From: Takakia lepidozioides
Lineage: Eukaryota > Plantae > Bryophyta
DNA length: 64,000 nt
Direction of reading: 5' to 3'
Assembly: GCA_030704615.1 (NCBI GenBank)
Contig: CM060734.1
Coordinates: 46,562,001 to 46,626,000, forward strand
Both the position numbers and the translations under genes were made by a program. The notes beneath the pieces are model-generated. The model saw only the letters and a list, made by a program, of their open reading frames with translations, had not been told where the DNA came from and made no database searches. This document shows positions 1 to 13,608 of this stretch, piece after piece (within the stretch, counting starts at the first letter, position 1; each line of letters begins with the position of its first letter).

Positions 1-87
1 GTAGTATAGAGAACAGTAAAGTTAATGTGGATGGTAGCCAATGGGGAAACTCTGAAGAGGAGAGTAAAGCAACAAACAAAACATGAT

Positions 88-720
88 ATGAAATGAAACG
101 GTCCTTCAAAATCATTGTAAAGAGCTCAAAAGCTTATGAGACCAAAGGAAACCCACAAGCAAGAAGAGACAAAACCACAGCCATAAACAACCCATAAGCA
201 ACTACTGTCTTGCATCCAAACACACATGCATGAGCAGCCCAAAGGTAACCCTCCTGGACATAAGCTCCCAAGCATTTCTCATGGCACAAAATGGAAAAAG
301 GTATAGAAGACTTTTATAACAGATTTGGGTTCCAAGGAATAGACAGTAGAATCTCCCTTGTATCATGAGGTATAGAGGGCAAGAAAGTGGTGCTTCATAC
401 TGCTAGTGAAGAACTGCTGGGACCAAAAGGAAAAACAAATAAGAAGACGCAAATCCAGAGGCATGAGCAGCCCCAAAATATCGGGGAATGACGGGATTCC
501 CCAAGGGTCCACTCCAAATGCACATAAGCTGCCAAGCATTTTTGATGAGACCAAAGTGTACAAAAAATGAAAATAGGAGCCAAACCACATGCATGAGCAC
601 ACCAAAAGCAACTACTGCAAAGGCGACGGCCAAAGGATCAAAGCTCCCAAGCATACAAGCATTGCTGGACTTTAAAATAGAATACGTCATTAACAAATTG
701 GGTTCCAAGTAGTAGACAGA
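88..720 (-). mobile_element. Degenerate, nested 3' remnants of LINE family B (RTEX-like, (CATTT)n tail)
   Basis: Positions 88-145 are a decayed copy of the tail module seen repeatedly at 49-64 kb. Minus ORF 395..583 contains QKCLAAY, matching DQKCLAAY at 60643..60984. Blocks such as 'ttgggttccaag...agacag' recur. Confidence 0.6.
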
Positions 721-879
721 TCAATGTCCCGTGCAACTGGTGAAGTCCTTTCATTCCCCCCCACTCATGTGCACCCATTTGAAAACAGAGGGGAGCACAT
801 TGCAAAAGCCCATTGCTTGCCATTGCAACTTCTTTACTTGGAAGATGTGACCCTTATCCCAACCGTGCTCGGGGCATTC

Positions 880-1790
880 TCATATCAAGCACATGAACCC
901 TGCCAAAAACCTAAAAAAATCAAAAAGCAAATGCCCACTTACCTCTCGTGGAAGAGGAGCTGGCCGTTTGGGTGCCCTCTGAGCATGCGTTGCATTGGGA
1001 GGCTTGGTCAGTCCACATGCACCACTGATGTAGTTCTCCAAATCTGATACCTTGTCCACATCATCTCCATCCTCGTCCTCCTCTAGCTCCTCGTCCATTT
1101 CCTCCTCCGAATCGCCGTCATCATCTATTTTGTAATCCTCATCGAGCTCCTGATCACGCTCGTCGAGTTCCTCTGCCTCAGAGCCCACCAACTGGGGAGT
1201 CTCGGGCTCTTCCTCCGCCATCGAAGGTAATGCTAGTTCTTTCAAGCGCCCGCTTCGTCGAGGAGGCCCGTTCCACACAACTTTGGAGCTCCTAGTCGGC
1301 CGTTGTACACTCCTGGCTATGCTGCGCACACATTTCCAAAACCCTGTGAGAATCTTGCCCTAAACAAAAGGCGATCGTGAAAGTGCCATCACCATCAAAC
1401 CTATGGGGGGGAAAAGCAGTAGGCTAATGTGGTGGGAAATTCCTACTCGCTACCTGTGTAGCATGCATACTAAGGACAAGGGTGATCTGCTCACCTGCGC
1501 GCAACGCTCCCAATGTTCAGCTGAGACAACGTCTCCTTGTTGGCTGCTATGCGCCTCTCTCGCTCTTCCTCGTAGGCAGTGCGTGGAGGGGTGTCGGGTG
1601 TAGAGGCCTTGGGTGCAGAGGGCTTGGGTGCGGGTGTGCGGGACGCCAGTGCAGTCGGGTAGGGTCTTCTTGCGGAGGTGGTGGGGGTGCGGGCACTATG
1701 CGCTTGGGGGGTCCTGCTGTTGCGTCGTGCCATGGCGGGTTCCTCCTCGTCACTCAAATTGCAGTAATCGACCTCAAACAAGACTACCAT
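880..1790 (-). pseudogene. Probable TE-associated ORF(s) divergent from the CACTA transposase (P/S/T-rich segment, YEEERERRIAAN helix, acidic tract)
   Basis: ORF 1491..1790 ends at an AG|GTGAG donor-like site (1494). ORF 880..1329 has a long D/E tract followed by an AG|GTAAGT site (~942). I could not join the two in frame. Confidence 0.35.
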
Positions 1791-1958
1791 GATCTACTGA
1801 TCAAACAATAGAAGGAGCGCATGTCGGAAACAGAGGGGAGGTGGACCCGCCATACGAATACTCCAACGCCTGCAAGCCAGACGTAGGTTCCCCACATCCG
1901 AGCACTCGCTGACTTCCCACTTCAAAAACTACTCAAACCCAGAAGCGTTTCGTCATAA

Positions 1959-4900
1959 ATGAGAGAGGTCGGAACTAGAAACACCCGGCGCCGCAGTATG
2001 GTGCCCGACACTGACGCAAGACTTTGGCAAATCGAGGAACGACGTGCAACTAGACTGGGTCTTTCAAAGATAATGTGTCCCTGCAACGACTACCATGGGG
2101 GTCGACTCCAATTCGTGGAAACTGCCAAATTGCATTTGCTTGCCAACAACCGGGATCCACTGTTGGGTTATCCCATGGTGAGTGACGTGCATCTCTCGCC
2201 TCACTTCTTGCAGACATAACTGAGGATGAAGCCCTTAGAATGCTAATGTTGAACGGCCCTCTACTGTACATGTACGGTGGACTACTGTATGGAAACTAGC
2301 ACGGTCAAATAGGAGATTCCCTGTTTTATACAACAAATTACATTTTGGACAAGACTATACTCTTATACTTTGGAGGTGAACATGCAGGTGGAGAGTGTCG
2401 ACTTCGAAGACGAAGACTTTGTGGAAGAACGTAGCCCCCCTGAGGATGATGTTCCGAGACAGATTAGCCCTGTTCCTGTTCGTGGTGGAGAGAATCTAGA
2501 CCCCGACGTCGACATCATTCGCATGTTGCAGGAAACGTTTGCAGTTGCAGATAATGTACAAAGCACCATTAATTAGGATGAAGGGCTTGGAGAAGACGAG
2601 CGCCATCATGATGGACAAAGTCATGGGGATGGGGATGATGGTGCTGCTTTCCAATTTCAGCATCAAGCAACCACACCTCTGTATGTTGGCTGCCCCACCA
2701 GCTGCTTGAGTGCGACGTTGCTCTTGCTCAATGTTAGTGCTACTCATGGTGTCACAAACGCAGCGATGGATGAGCTTCTGAAACTTTTGCACGGACATCT
2801 ATTGCCTAAAGGGAATTTTTTGCCCAAATCTCATTACGAAGCGAAGAAACTTATAACAAAAGCTGGGCTTAATTACGATAGCATCCATGCTTGTGAGAAG
2901 GGATGTGTGCTATACAGGGGAGATCTGCAGGATGCACCATCTTGCCCTAAATGTGGGGCGCCTCGGTACATCCCTGGCATGAAGACGTTGGTTCCACAAA
3001 AGGTCTTGCGGCATTTCCCCTTGATTCCCCGGCTACAGCGCATGTACAAGTGCAAGGAGATATGTAAGCTTATGGTGTGGCACATGGAGAACCAAAGTCA
3101 AGATGGGAAGATGAGACACCCGCCTGACAGCCTTGCATGGAAATACACTGACGATACATGGCCTGCTTTTGCAGTTGAACCTCGCAACTTGCGACTAGGT
3201 CTGGCATGGGATGGTATCAATCCCTTTGGTGATAAATCAACAAAATGGTCTACGTGGCCTGTCTTGCTCATGAACTACAACCTTCCTCCTTGGCTGAGCA
3301 CAAAGCCTTTTTTTATGATGTTGACACTCTTAATTCCAGGGCCGACATCCATGAAGAAGACCAATGCGGATGTGTTCTTGCAACCTCTGGTGGATGAGCT
3401 GACCGTGTTGTGGGAAGGTGTTAGGGCTAATGATGCATCTCGCAATGAAGGATCAAGGACCTTTGTCATGAGAGCCATTCTGATGTGGTCAGTACATGAC
3501 TATCCTGCATATGCCATGCTAGCAGGGTGTGCAGTTGGGGGCTACAAGGCTTGTCCCGTGTGTGGGCCCAATCTTGATGCCAGGCACTCCAGTGCACTGA
3601 GCAAAATGGTGTACCAGGGGCACAAATGTTTTTTACCAGCAGGCCATCCATATAGATGCAATCGCAACCACTTCAATGGAGCCTCCGATCACAGACCCCC
3701 CCCCAAGTATCCATCGTGGATCAGCTCCAAAATGCGGAGGAAAACGAGAGGTTCATGGAAACATTCGGCAGACGTCGCCGGAATGTGTGCCCTGCCAAAT
3801 CCCATGGCATGAAGCGAAGGTCGATCATTTGGAACCTGCCATATTGGAAGGTGGGTATGTCTTCATTGTTTGTTTGTCGGCAGAACTGATTTCATAGTTG
3901 CATGGATACAGTTGTAAGGATCATCACACATGACTTAGATTTCAGCCTAATGCAAATTGCATGAAGCAAGTTTGGAGTCGCCTATGTATGGCACATGTAG
4001 CAGCAATATGGTTGTTTCCATGAAAATGTCTGGCTTTTGTCTCTCAGGATATTGTCTGCAGCATGCAAGACTGGTTTCTTCCTTTTCCCATTATTAAGAT
4101 GGCATCTCTTGGCTTTACCATCAAAGTATACCATATTGATGGTGGTTCCATGATTGCTGGATTTGTTGATACGGTATACCCTTGATGTTATGCACTGTGA
4201 AAAAAACATTTCTGAAAACATATTGCGCACCATATTGGGGGAAAATGACACAGTAAAGAGCAGGAAGGACATGGAGAATGAGGGCATACGACCTCACTTA
4301 TGGTTAAAACCCCACCACAAAGATGGCAGGAAGTTGGTGAAGCCGCAGGCTCCTTACGTGTTGAATCGACAGGAAACTACTACCTTCTATGCAACTTTGG
4401 GTGCTCTAAAGACACCGACAGGGTATGGTGCTTCATTTAAAGAAGCATATTGCTAAGAACAAGCTTTCACACATGAAGAGTCATGACTACCATCTACTGA
4501 TGCAACAAGTTCTACCTTTGTGCATTCGAGGTTTGCTGGGCAAAGGTCCAAGGCTCGCAAACATGAAGCTATCTCGTGTATTTCGCGCATTGTGCATGAA
4601 AACAGTGGATCCCGAGGAACTACCAGCCCTGAAGGAGGATGTGGTTGTAACGCTTTGTTTGTTGGAGAAAGAGTTTCCCCCCTCATTCTTCGATCTCATG
4701 ACCCACTTGTGCTACACCTTGTGGATGAATTGGAGGTTTGTGGTCCTGTTAGTTCACGTTGGATGTACCCCATCGAGAGGTACATGAAAAATTTGAAGGG
4801 ATATGTGAAGAGCTATGCCCGGCCAGAAGGTTTGCATGGCCAGCAGGTATTCTCTTGATGAGGCTCTTGGCCTCCTCACAGAGTACATGGCTGCATTTCC

Positions 4901-5962
4901 AGGAACTCGTAGAAGGATTTGGGATTCCAACGAAGAAGAAAGTGTTGCGGGAGAAGTATTAGAGGGCGAAGGAACTCCAAGGAAACTGTCGGCTGAGCTT
5001 CGGGCCAGTGCACACGACTATGTGCTTCACAACACGGCGTGCATGAGACCGTTTCTAAGGTAAGTATACATCATTTATTTAGCTTCACATGCTAACTCTG
5101 GGGTATTTTTCCGGATACAAAATTCGCGCATTCTCAATTTTCACTCAACCTCTTTGTACATATTATGGTTCTGACTAAGTGTGAATTGAGTATGACCAGA
5201 CTTTATGATATTGAGAAGGCCACCATAGAATCAGCCAAAGCCGAATTTCGAGCCACATACAGCACCCAAGGGAGAAATGCACACCAACGCACCGTTCCAT
5301 ACCCTGAAAACATGTTGCCTTTGCCTGCTTTTCATATGTGGATACAGTCGGCAGGACAAAATGTTGTTTCAAGAGGAGCAGCGTATGATGCAAATATTCG
5401 TCATCTGTGTAAGCCACCAGGGTTTGTTGCTCATTTATTTCGCTCTATGTGGGCATACAGAAATCACTACAGAGTGGTGGAAACAGGTGTGGTTGATTAC
5501 CATGTCACATTCGACTATGGGGTTGCACAGATTTTTGCCGAAGAGTCAACGGGAAGGGGGGTGTGGATGGTAACCCTGTCATGAACTAGCTGCAATATGT
5601 TGGTGTTGTTCGTGAAATTTTACAGCAAGTTTTTTTTTGCAGATGAGTCCTCCAACGCTGGTAACTGGAAAGTAGTACTTCAGAAGGAGCCGCGCTCATG
5701 GCGCGTGGTACATGATGTCACTGGTGTCAGCTTGGGTGAGAATGAGTCATGCGTAAGGATGCAAGTGGCGGAGGCATTGGAGGATGTGAATCCCAACACA
5801 GAATTTGGACCTTCAACGACCCTTACCGAAGCTGAGATGGCTACTATTGCTATGATGAGGCCCCCACGAAGGGACGAACCATGGCACTGAGATAGTGAGG
5901 ATTGCAACACTGACCATGAGTGTAGTGAAAATAGTAGCGATGAAGATGACTACATCTGGTAA
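1959..5962 (+). mobile_element. CACTA/En-Spm (TnpD-like) transposase, spliced and frameshifted
   Basis: Motifs in the expected order: transposase-associated CPC...HL (1959-2219); Transposase_21 core IHACEKGCVLY, CPKCGAPRY, RHFPLIPRLQR, RNLRLGLAWDGINPF, WPVLLMNYNLPPW, DYPA (2706-3812); LDVMHCEKN, KSHDYH, FPPSFFDLMTH, WMYPIERYMK (DUF4218-like, split across frames); DUF4216-like tail. No CACTA termini identified. Confidence 0.92.
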
Positions 5963-6415
5963 AAAGACAATAGCGTCATGTTGACATTTAAACTGACACA
6001 CTAAATGACATTTTGAGTTCCAAATCACAGGACACCCTGTGCTTCAGCCACTGGCCTGGTAAAAGGACAATAGCATTATATGACATTTTGAGTGGCACAC
6101 TGAGGGGCATTTTGAGTCCCAAATCACAGGACATCCTGTGCTGCAGCATCCACTTGTTGCGGTTATTTTCCCTGTGAATATAGCAACGAGGAAGATGATT
6201 CCTAGTAAAAGGGCAATAGCGTCATGTTGCTTCAGTTGTTACTCCACCTCTCTACTATCTCCCCCCCTTCCCACATCCATGCCTTACTTACTCTATAGCT
6301 ACGAACTGAATTCTGATGCCCCTGCTCCTCCCTCCCCCTCTCTATTAATCACGCTGAACAGTCAATTGTACAAAATGCTTGCCAAATCACAGGACACCAT
6401 GTGCTTCAGCCAGCG
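5958..6415 (+). repeat. Three degenerate direct repeats just downstream of the CACTA ORF
   Basis: 'caaatcacaggaca(c/t)c(c/a)tgtgct' occurs at ~6021, ~6120 and ~6383; 'gtaaaa(a/g)g(a/g)caatagc' at ~5959, ~6059 and ~6204. The first two units are ~99 bp apart. Confidence 0.75.
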
Positions 6416-8935
6416 GCCAACTCCCCCACTCCACTTGTTCTTTTTCCTAAAGCATGCTTTCTATTTTCCCTGTGTTCAGATTGTGGGGGTTGGGTGCAAT
6501 GTGTTGGGGATGTACTTCTTTATGATGTTTGTTCTAGTTTGGTGCAGTCGGGGGACAATCTGCACAGCAAGTCACATGTTGGATCTGATGGGCATTGCAA
6601 CTGTGGATGGTGATTCACATGTCTTCCCCACTAATGGGACCCCTCTGTTCATGCTTGGGATTTGGCAAGTTCGTAAACCCCCACTTTTTTGACTGTGTGC
6701 TTGCAGGTCACATGTGCTGCATGGGGCAGAGCCATTCAGTTGGCTACAGGTTCAATTCCTCCGCACATGACAGTATGTGGCCCTATTTATGATGGCTTTG
6801 ACTTACTCATAGAGAGGGCTCGTGTGTTGGTTACTCTATTTTTGGCTTGTTTAAAAACCCTCACTGTGACAGGGATGAGGCTTCTATCATTGCTCAATTT
6901 TCCACTTGTGATGGTGGAGGAGAATGTTCATGAATCACAAGAAGGTCTGTGGCACCTCGGAACCCATGAATTCAGAATCATGGAGATTCCAGATTCATAT
7001 ATAGCCAAAGTTGATCTTTTGCTTTGTGATTTCTCTCTGTTTCTCATGTTTGTGAGATTCAGTGCTTCATCCCTCTGCATGTACCACCCCGCTTTGTCAT
7101 GATTGCGAGTTGGAATTGTAGAGATGACCTTTCTTTGAAAACATACATATTTTGTATGGGGGGCTTGAGGTGAGCAATCTAGAGACCATTATGTATTTCA
7201 AACACTAATTACCAGTCCACATTATGGGTGTGTACTTTGCTTGCTTTCTACCCCCCACATTATTTGGTCCTTCCGAAAATAAAACTCTTTCTTGCTAGAG
7301 CTGGAAGCTCATGGGCGCTATGCCTTCAACCATCCGAATGTGCTGTTATTTGTTCTGAATGTGGACATCACCACATGTGCACTTGTAATTTTACCGCCCA
7401 TTACCAAGTTGTTGCACCACACATGAAACAAAAGTATTACAGATTCATAAGCAGTATGGTTGAAAGGTCTGAGAAGTAGATAACAAGTGGCAAGCTGAAC
7501 GTCGTACAGGGGACACTCAGTTTTTGACAGGAGAGGCCAGTTAAGTACCTAAACTTGAGGCAAAACCCAAAATGATAATGTATGCAGGCTGAAATGTGGA
7601 TAGTCTCTGCATTGCTACTGCTTCACCCCCAAACCATCATGGCCACAAGTACCAACGCTGAAAACTGAAGCAGAAACGTCATGCATGAGACGATTGCGGG
7701 AAGCTACAGTGCATGAATGTATATTGCGGTGTATGTCAATGACACTGTGTATATCCTCGCTCACCTCGATCCATGATCACCATGACATCGTGCTCATCCG
7801 AGAGGGCATGGAAGGCCAGTCAATGTGTACCACAGGGAGTAATCGTGGAGCAACGGGTACTTCTTGCCAACAGATCGGAGCCTCTTATTGCAATTTGCAA
7901 GGCACCAAAAGTAGGCCACATGCTCCTTCTTGTGGATGCCACTCTGACCCAACTAGTGGAGCACGACGATGATAGCTTTTTCTGCGCAGGCATTCTGTCC
8001 TGGTACATGTTCTTGGGCTGCCTTCTGCTTTTTGACTTGAAGATCAAATGCGCAATTCCAAGCGCAACGGTTTCATCCAGAATTGGCTAGTTTCGCAGAC
8101 GCTTCTGCTCGACTTCACGGTAGTGAGAGGCCCGTTTCCACACCTGCGATTGAGGAGGCATTCCTGCACACTTTGAAATGCTTTGCCGAGATAGAGAGTC
8201 CATTGGAGTGCAAAGCAAGCAGATGAAGGAAGCAGACGACATTCGGTAATGCGCGGGAACCACCTTGTTTGCCAAAGTGGACAATGGACAAGTCGCACAT
8301 AGGGAAATCATGCCTGTGCCTTTTCCAGCACATCGGTGGTGACTGGGCATTAGGGGCTGGTCTCACGGTGCATTTTCCACGCCGTATGGTCCATTCCACA
8401 CTTCGTAATTAACATGCAGGAATTATGGTGTTGGTGAGATATGTAACTAGTTTTATTTTATTTTTATTTTTATTTTTTATAAATAAATGAAACAAGGAGG
8501 CCGTGACATGGGACTTTATATGGGGAAAAAAATAAAACCCCCATGAACGCCATGAGAGTCACACACTGTAGTGCGACCATCTCTTTGTATTTTCGAGGCC
8601 AGATTTGGAAGTTCGTGATTTATTTCGTTTGCAGCGGAGTACTAACTAAACCCATACACCACAATCAGTGGAAATAATTGTATGTTCCCATTTCACACAG
8701 GTGTGTAACATGCCATGTAAACTAAGCCAACCCCTGCCACGCTCATGGCTATTTTCACACCGTTCTTGCGTGGGGTGTGGACCACATGTGAGACACCCCA
8801 CAGTTAGGGCATATTTAGATCCACACCTTGGCTCAGTGTACAGACCCGTGATAAAAGCCGTGGAATGTGCCAGGCGTGAGATGGCAGAGCTGTGGAAAAA
8901 GCCGGTTTCTCTTCTAGTGATACAGTAACAATTTT

Positions 8936-11527
8936 GTGTGCAAGTTCTGTAGGGTACCGCCTTGCTGCCTTGCAATGTGTGGCGCCAGAATGTACTATGT
9001 GGTGCATCGATTCAAAACCCTGACTAGAGCCTGTGTCCATTTCGGTTTTCACAACCACCCTGTGTCCAAGGGGGATTACAAGGAGAGCGTTGAGACAGTC
9101 TTGCGTCTGATAAGGCAAGAGTTGGATACCAATCCAACTGGAACCACATCTGCAATTGCCATAGGGGCGAGCAAGTCCTTTCTGGAAAGCCATATTTTGT
9201 GTGCATCGGATTCGGTTGGAGGAAAATTGGAGGGACCAGCTTTGGACACTGTTATGGACCATTTCTCGACTTTGACTTCTCCAAACATTAGGAATCAGGT
9301 GAACGCTTTAAGAATGGGCTTTGGGAGCCGAGGTTATATGGACAATATTATGGATTTGAAGAGAAGGAGCATGTACGACTACATCCAATACAACGTTTTC
9401 CCGGGGCAAAGAGCCAGGAAAGTGTTCCTGTTCAAAATGTCCACAAAAGGTGAGGGCAGCGGAGTCAGCCTGGTTAAACGTATGCAGAAGGGTGGCGATC
9501 TAGGCAACTGCTTCGTTATGTTCGATCACGTCAAGAGGGCTAAAGACTGGACCACAATAACATGTCATGTTTACGACCCTGTGTACCAGCGTGTCATGAC
9601 AATTGCAGTGTGTGACATACAGTCAGAGGACACAGATTCACATCAGCTCATGTGGGAAGCTCTCATTTGTGTTATGGCCTCCAATGGTCTCTCATCTCCC
9701 AATTTTGTTGGTTTCATGGCCGACAGTGCTCAAGCTAACTTCAACGCTGTCCGCATTGTATTCGGGACGGGAGATCCAAAAGTGCCAGTGCCTGGAAGAG
9801 AACGTACGTGTCTTTTCCATTGGACACAATCCCTGGATAAACACACAAAGGCAGACATCAAGCCAGATATGCATAGTATGCATCGTCAACTGTGCAAACA
9901 GTACAAAGACGCCAAAACTATGGGGGAAGCGAATACATTGTTCCTGGTGGTACTCATCTGGGGCGGCATCGGAGGACAGCATGAGGGCACTGGAAGACTG
10001 GTTCGCATTTTGGCACTTCCGTTACCGGCAGTGGGGAGCGGCCATGACAACGGTGAGCGGTTTGCATTCACCTTCCTTTGGGTGCTTCGGATATATCTTT
10101 CAGGGTCTCATCCTAATATCGGCTTTGTGTTTTTTTGCCTTGCAGCATATGTCCATTGAGGAGATGGTGGACATGCCGTCTTGCAATCTAGCGGAGACAG
10201 TGCACAATGTCTGGTTGCAGCAATCCGGCAAAAAAAGAAGAGATTTGTATGCGGCTACGGCCGATGACCTTATCCATGCTGTGCAGCAGCAAACCAGATA
10301 CAGGTCATTCTTGAGGGGTGGCCTTGGAGGCAAAGGCCCGGACATGAGCGAGTTGATGTTGCGGGCAGCCAGAAGATCGGGGGATCCCAGCAAAATAGCG
10401 CGGGCAGTGAGCATATGTGCAGATGGCACCCCTCTCGTGGGAAGAGCTCCTCATCTAAAAGGCGAAGAGAGATTCGGGTCTTGCAAACGGAAATTGGATA
10501 CCCCTCTCGGATCAGATGCAGACTCCCATAGGGCGGACAGGGTCAACTTCTCGACGCCACGTGTTCCCTTGGATCAGAGATGGAATTGCGGAACATCCAC
10601 AGGTGAGGGCCATTCTGCCCCAGACCGGACCCCTACATCAAGCACTGTCACTGCAATGGTTGAAGACCAGAACGTGGTGCGACATGTAATAGAGTCCATA
10701 TGTTTGGACGAGGTTTGGCATATAGAACGCACAAGTGCTGGATCGCGTGTGAAATGCGCAGCGATCAGGGCCACCAATCATGAAAATGTACATCATTAAT
10801 ATCCAGAGGGAAAGAACGCACTGCAACTCCTACATTCACTGGTTTGTTTCTCCCTTATGGCCAAGGAGAGGCAAAGAACCACAAGTTTTGGTTTTGCGCT
10901 GACGATTGCGGGAGATGTGTACGTGGGACAGTGAGGCCCTCCGTGGTGAGGAAGCCTACTCCACCAACCGTGTGGCTTGTGAAGATGGGCACATGTCTCA
11001 CTCACCAAGAGATCGCAATGCTGGAAGAGGCGGGTTTCTCCCTAGCCAGACATTCCATCACACGTGAAGGTGCTTCAAGTACAAGCAGTTCACAGGTACC
11101 TCCGCCTGACGCTCACTTGTGGCCAACCAGACGGAATGGGAAGCTGGTTCGACGATTCCCTCCAACCGCAGAACATTATGGCAAAATCGAGTCCGCGAGA
11201 ATGCTTCACGCTCGTGTTGCGGGAACAATGGAAGTGCTTGATCCAGGGTATGGTCGGGTCTTCACCATGATCTCATCCGCATCTGCGCTGCAAGACAAGA
11301 CGTACGACATCACTGTTTCCAATTTTCCAAATTGTACCTGTCCTGATTTTGTTGGTATGCTTTCAAGTAGTTTGGGAAAGAGAGGGAAGTTCATACCGTG
11401 CAAACACCTTTGCTTCGTCTTCTTGATAAGGATGGTTTGTGATCCAAAGCGGGACTTCTTCATTCACCAAGCCACTATGAGTTTCAACGAAGTCAACACA
11501 CTTCTACAGCGGGATACAAGCCCATAG
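8936..11527 (+). mobile_element. Mutator-like (MULE) DDE transposase with N-terminal Cys/His finger and C-terminal SWIM finger, frameshifted
   Basis: N-terminal CKFC...C...C...RACVHFGFHNHP; VMFDHVKR (D1); GFMADSAQANFNAV (D2); CLFHW (CxxH); CNLAETVHN (E); SWIM-like CTCPDF...PCKHL. Spread over three overlapping ORFs (8936, 9603, 10844) with a likely intron at ~10052-10146. Confidence 0.8.
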
Positions 11528-12103
11528 AAAACATTCACTTGACACTCCGAAATCTGTGTTTTCCTTGACTACAACTTGTAATGGAATGACTGTTCAAGTC
11601 CAGTGTCTCTCAATGTATGTCGTCTAACATCTTTGCTATGCGTGGGTGAATGCATTTGTCGCATTGGTCTGTCATTCTGTTTTCATTAGCAAGCACAAGA
11701 AACTACCTTCAGATAGACAGATGATCAAATCAACCTCGTGTTAACACGAGGTTTACTTGGAGTTTTCCAAATCCCCCTTGTGCCGACACGCGGTAGCGTC
11801 GTTGCTTCACTGCATACGCAAGCGGACCTAGTCGTGCACCGCCGTAACACTGGTATGTGAACTACGATCCAGAACATCATTTCTTCTAAGTGCCCTTGTG
11901 AATGCTGCAAGTTTGCTTCGTGTTCCTGATATCGCGATTCTTCTTCTACGCATGCAGCCTCCCACAAACCAGGTAGCGATGATGGGGAAGGGCAACAAGA
12001 GGGACGGTGAGGGACCATCCGGCCCCAAACAAACACCAGCAGAGGTGCTTTCCTTACTTTGCTTCCCTTTGTCTCTGTTTCCTCACTTCCGCGGTTATGC
12101 CAT

Positions 12104-12342
12104 TCAGGCTTGCGTCAACGTAAGCCTGATCGAGGGAGGGTCGTCTGTTGTTCGTATGAATCGCTTTTGAGTCCCGCATTCAGACTTGCGTCAACGCAAG
12201 CATGAAACCCCAATACACCATGATTGCTTTGCTACTCTGCCACAGAAATAATGCAGTTTTGGTGAGAGTGAAAGGAGAGTGTTTTCTGGTTTTCGTTCAA
12301 CATGGGTCACTCGACTGAGGGTTGCGTCAACGCAAGCTTGAA
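12104..12342. repeat. Three copies of the imperfect palindrome GCTTGCGT-CA-ACGCAAGC
   Basis: 12104-12129 tcaggcttgcgtcaacgtaagcctga; 12179-12206 ttcagacttgcgtcaacgcaagcatgaa; 12316-12342 tgagggttgcgtcaacgcaagcttgaa. Confidence 0.85.
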
Positions 12343-13608
12343 ATCCTTATACCCACATACAGTTCACTGAAGCAATCGTGGTAGCATGTACCATGATTGG
12401 GGTTTTTCCTTAGGTGGGTTTTGTCCTTCACTCAATTTGCAGAGTAAGCTGGTTTTCCCACCAAGGTTTTTTCCTCCCTCTCATGCCGGATGCTTAGTAT
12501 TAGGCTAGGTAGAGGTTCAGACTTGGTTTGGTATTGGTTTAATTTCCTTTAGCTCGCAGGAGCTTGCTTCCCCACCGTGGGCAAGCTTCACATATGTGAA
12601 GAGACGGATTCCTCCTTCTGCCAAATACTCTTTTGTTGCATATATGAATGAAAAGGTGTGGTGCAGGTTGAGAGAATTAGTGCGCATCCTAATTTCGGCG
12701 CTGCACCCTTACCTTTTGACAACAGTAAACAGACAGATGATACACTCTGGCATGCTGATTTGTGGAGTTGGAATAATGTAATCAGAGTGGCCAATAGGAG
12801 GTCATCCACCTGTTGATAGGATTATCCTTGTTTTAATATAAAAGCCATGCGAGCTTATGCTCTGGCCAGTGTGATTTGATGTACTGAACTGTGATCTTGG
12901 ATGAGCCTTGAATTTTTGGATGTTGTTTTGCTGATGCATTGGATTGGCCTTAGTGCTGCCAGCCTCTACGATAGATCCTCCCTCTCTAGCGTGGCCCTGT
13001 TCTACAAGCTAACATCCCTCAGAGACCCAAATACCGCATGAGGAATAAAGCAAATACCAGGGCTAAAAACTTGGCTTCACAGAGGGTTCTCCTATATATA
13101 CACCCTCACAGGCGGGCCCCATAGCGCCACTATCCTACTTCTCCACCTACACATGAGCCAGAGACGGTATATAAAGGAGGAGCCCTCTCCTCCCCTTCCC
13201 CCAAGAGAGTTGCTTTCAATGCTGCGCACTCAAGACGCAGTTGGCAATGTGTAGCGCTCGGTGGGACCTAGGGTCCTGATAAGTCTGACTGCCCGCCCAC
13301 AAGGCATTCAGTCCCAGCCACAATGATCTGGTGGTTGGGTGGCTGATGGATAAACTTTCTAAATTGGGTGGAAGCGCAGGGGTTTTTCGCAGGCAGCTCG
13401 GATTCTCATGAGAACGATGACATGGGCAAATAAATGACAAACTCTGGCCAACCCAGTAGCCTGTTGTTTCAGGTTTTTTATTTGAAGCATTTCCTGCTGT
13501 GCTTCTTCTTGTCGCAAGCCACATTCTCCCGCATTTTTCTCAGATGCGAGGTTTGCGAGGATAGCTCGAAGGGCCTTGGCAAGTCTACTGGAGAGGGGCC
13601 CCGGGGTG

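Noticed and set aside
7500-8930. Short ORFs upstream of the MULE transposase as a second gene or its N-terminus
   Set aside because: Only faint resemblance across broken frames; no supportable motif or gene model.
11725-12170. Convergent mudrB-like ORF after the MULE
   Set aside because: Short ORFs with no recognisable motif or splice support.
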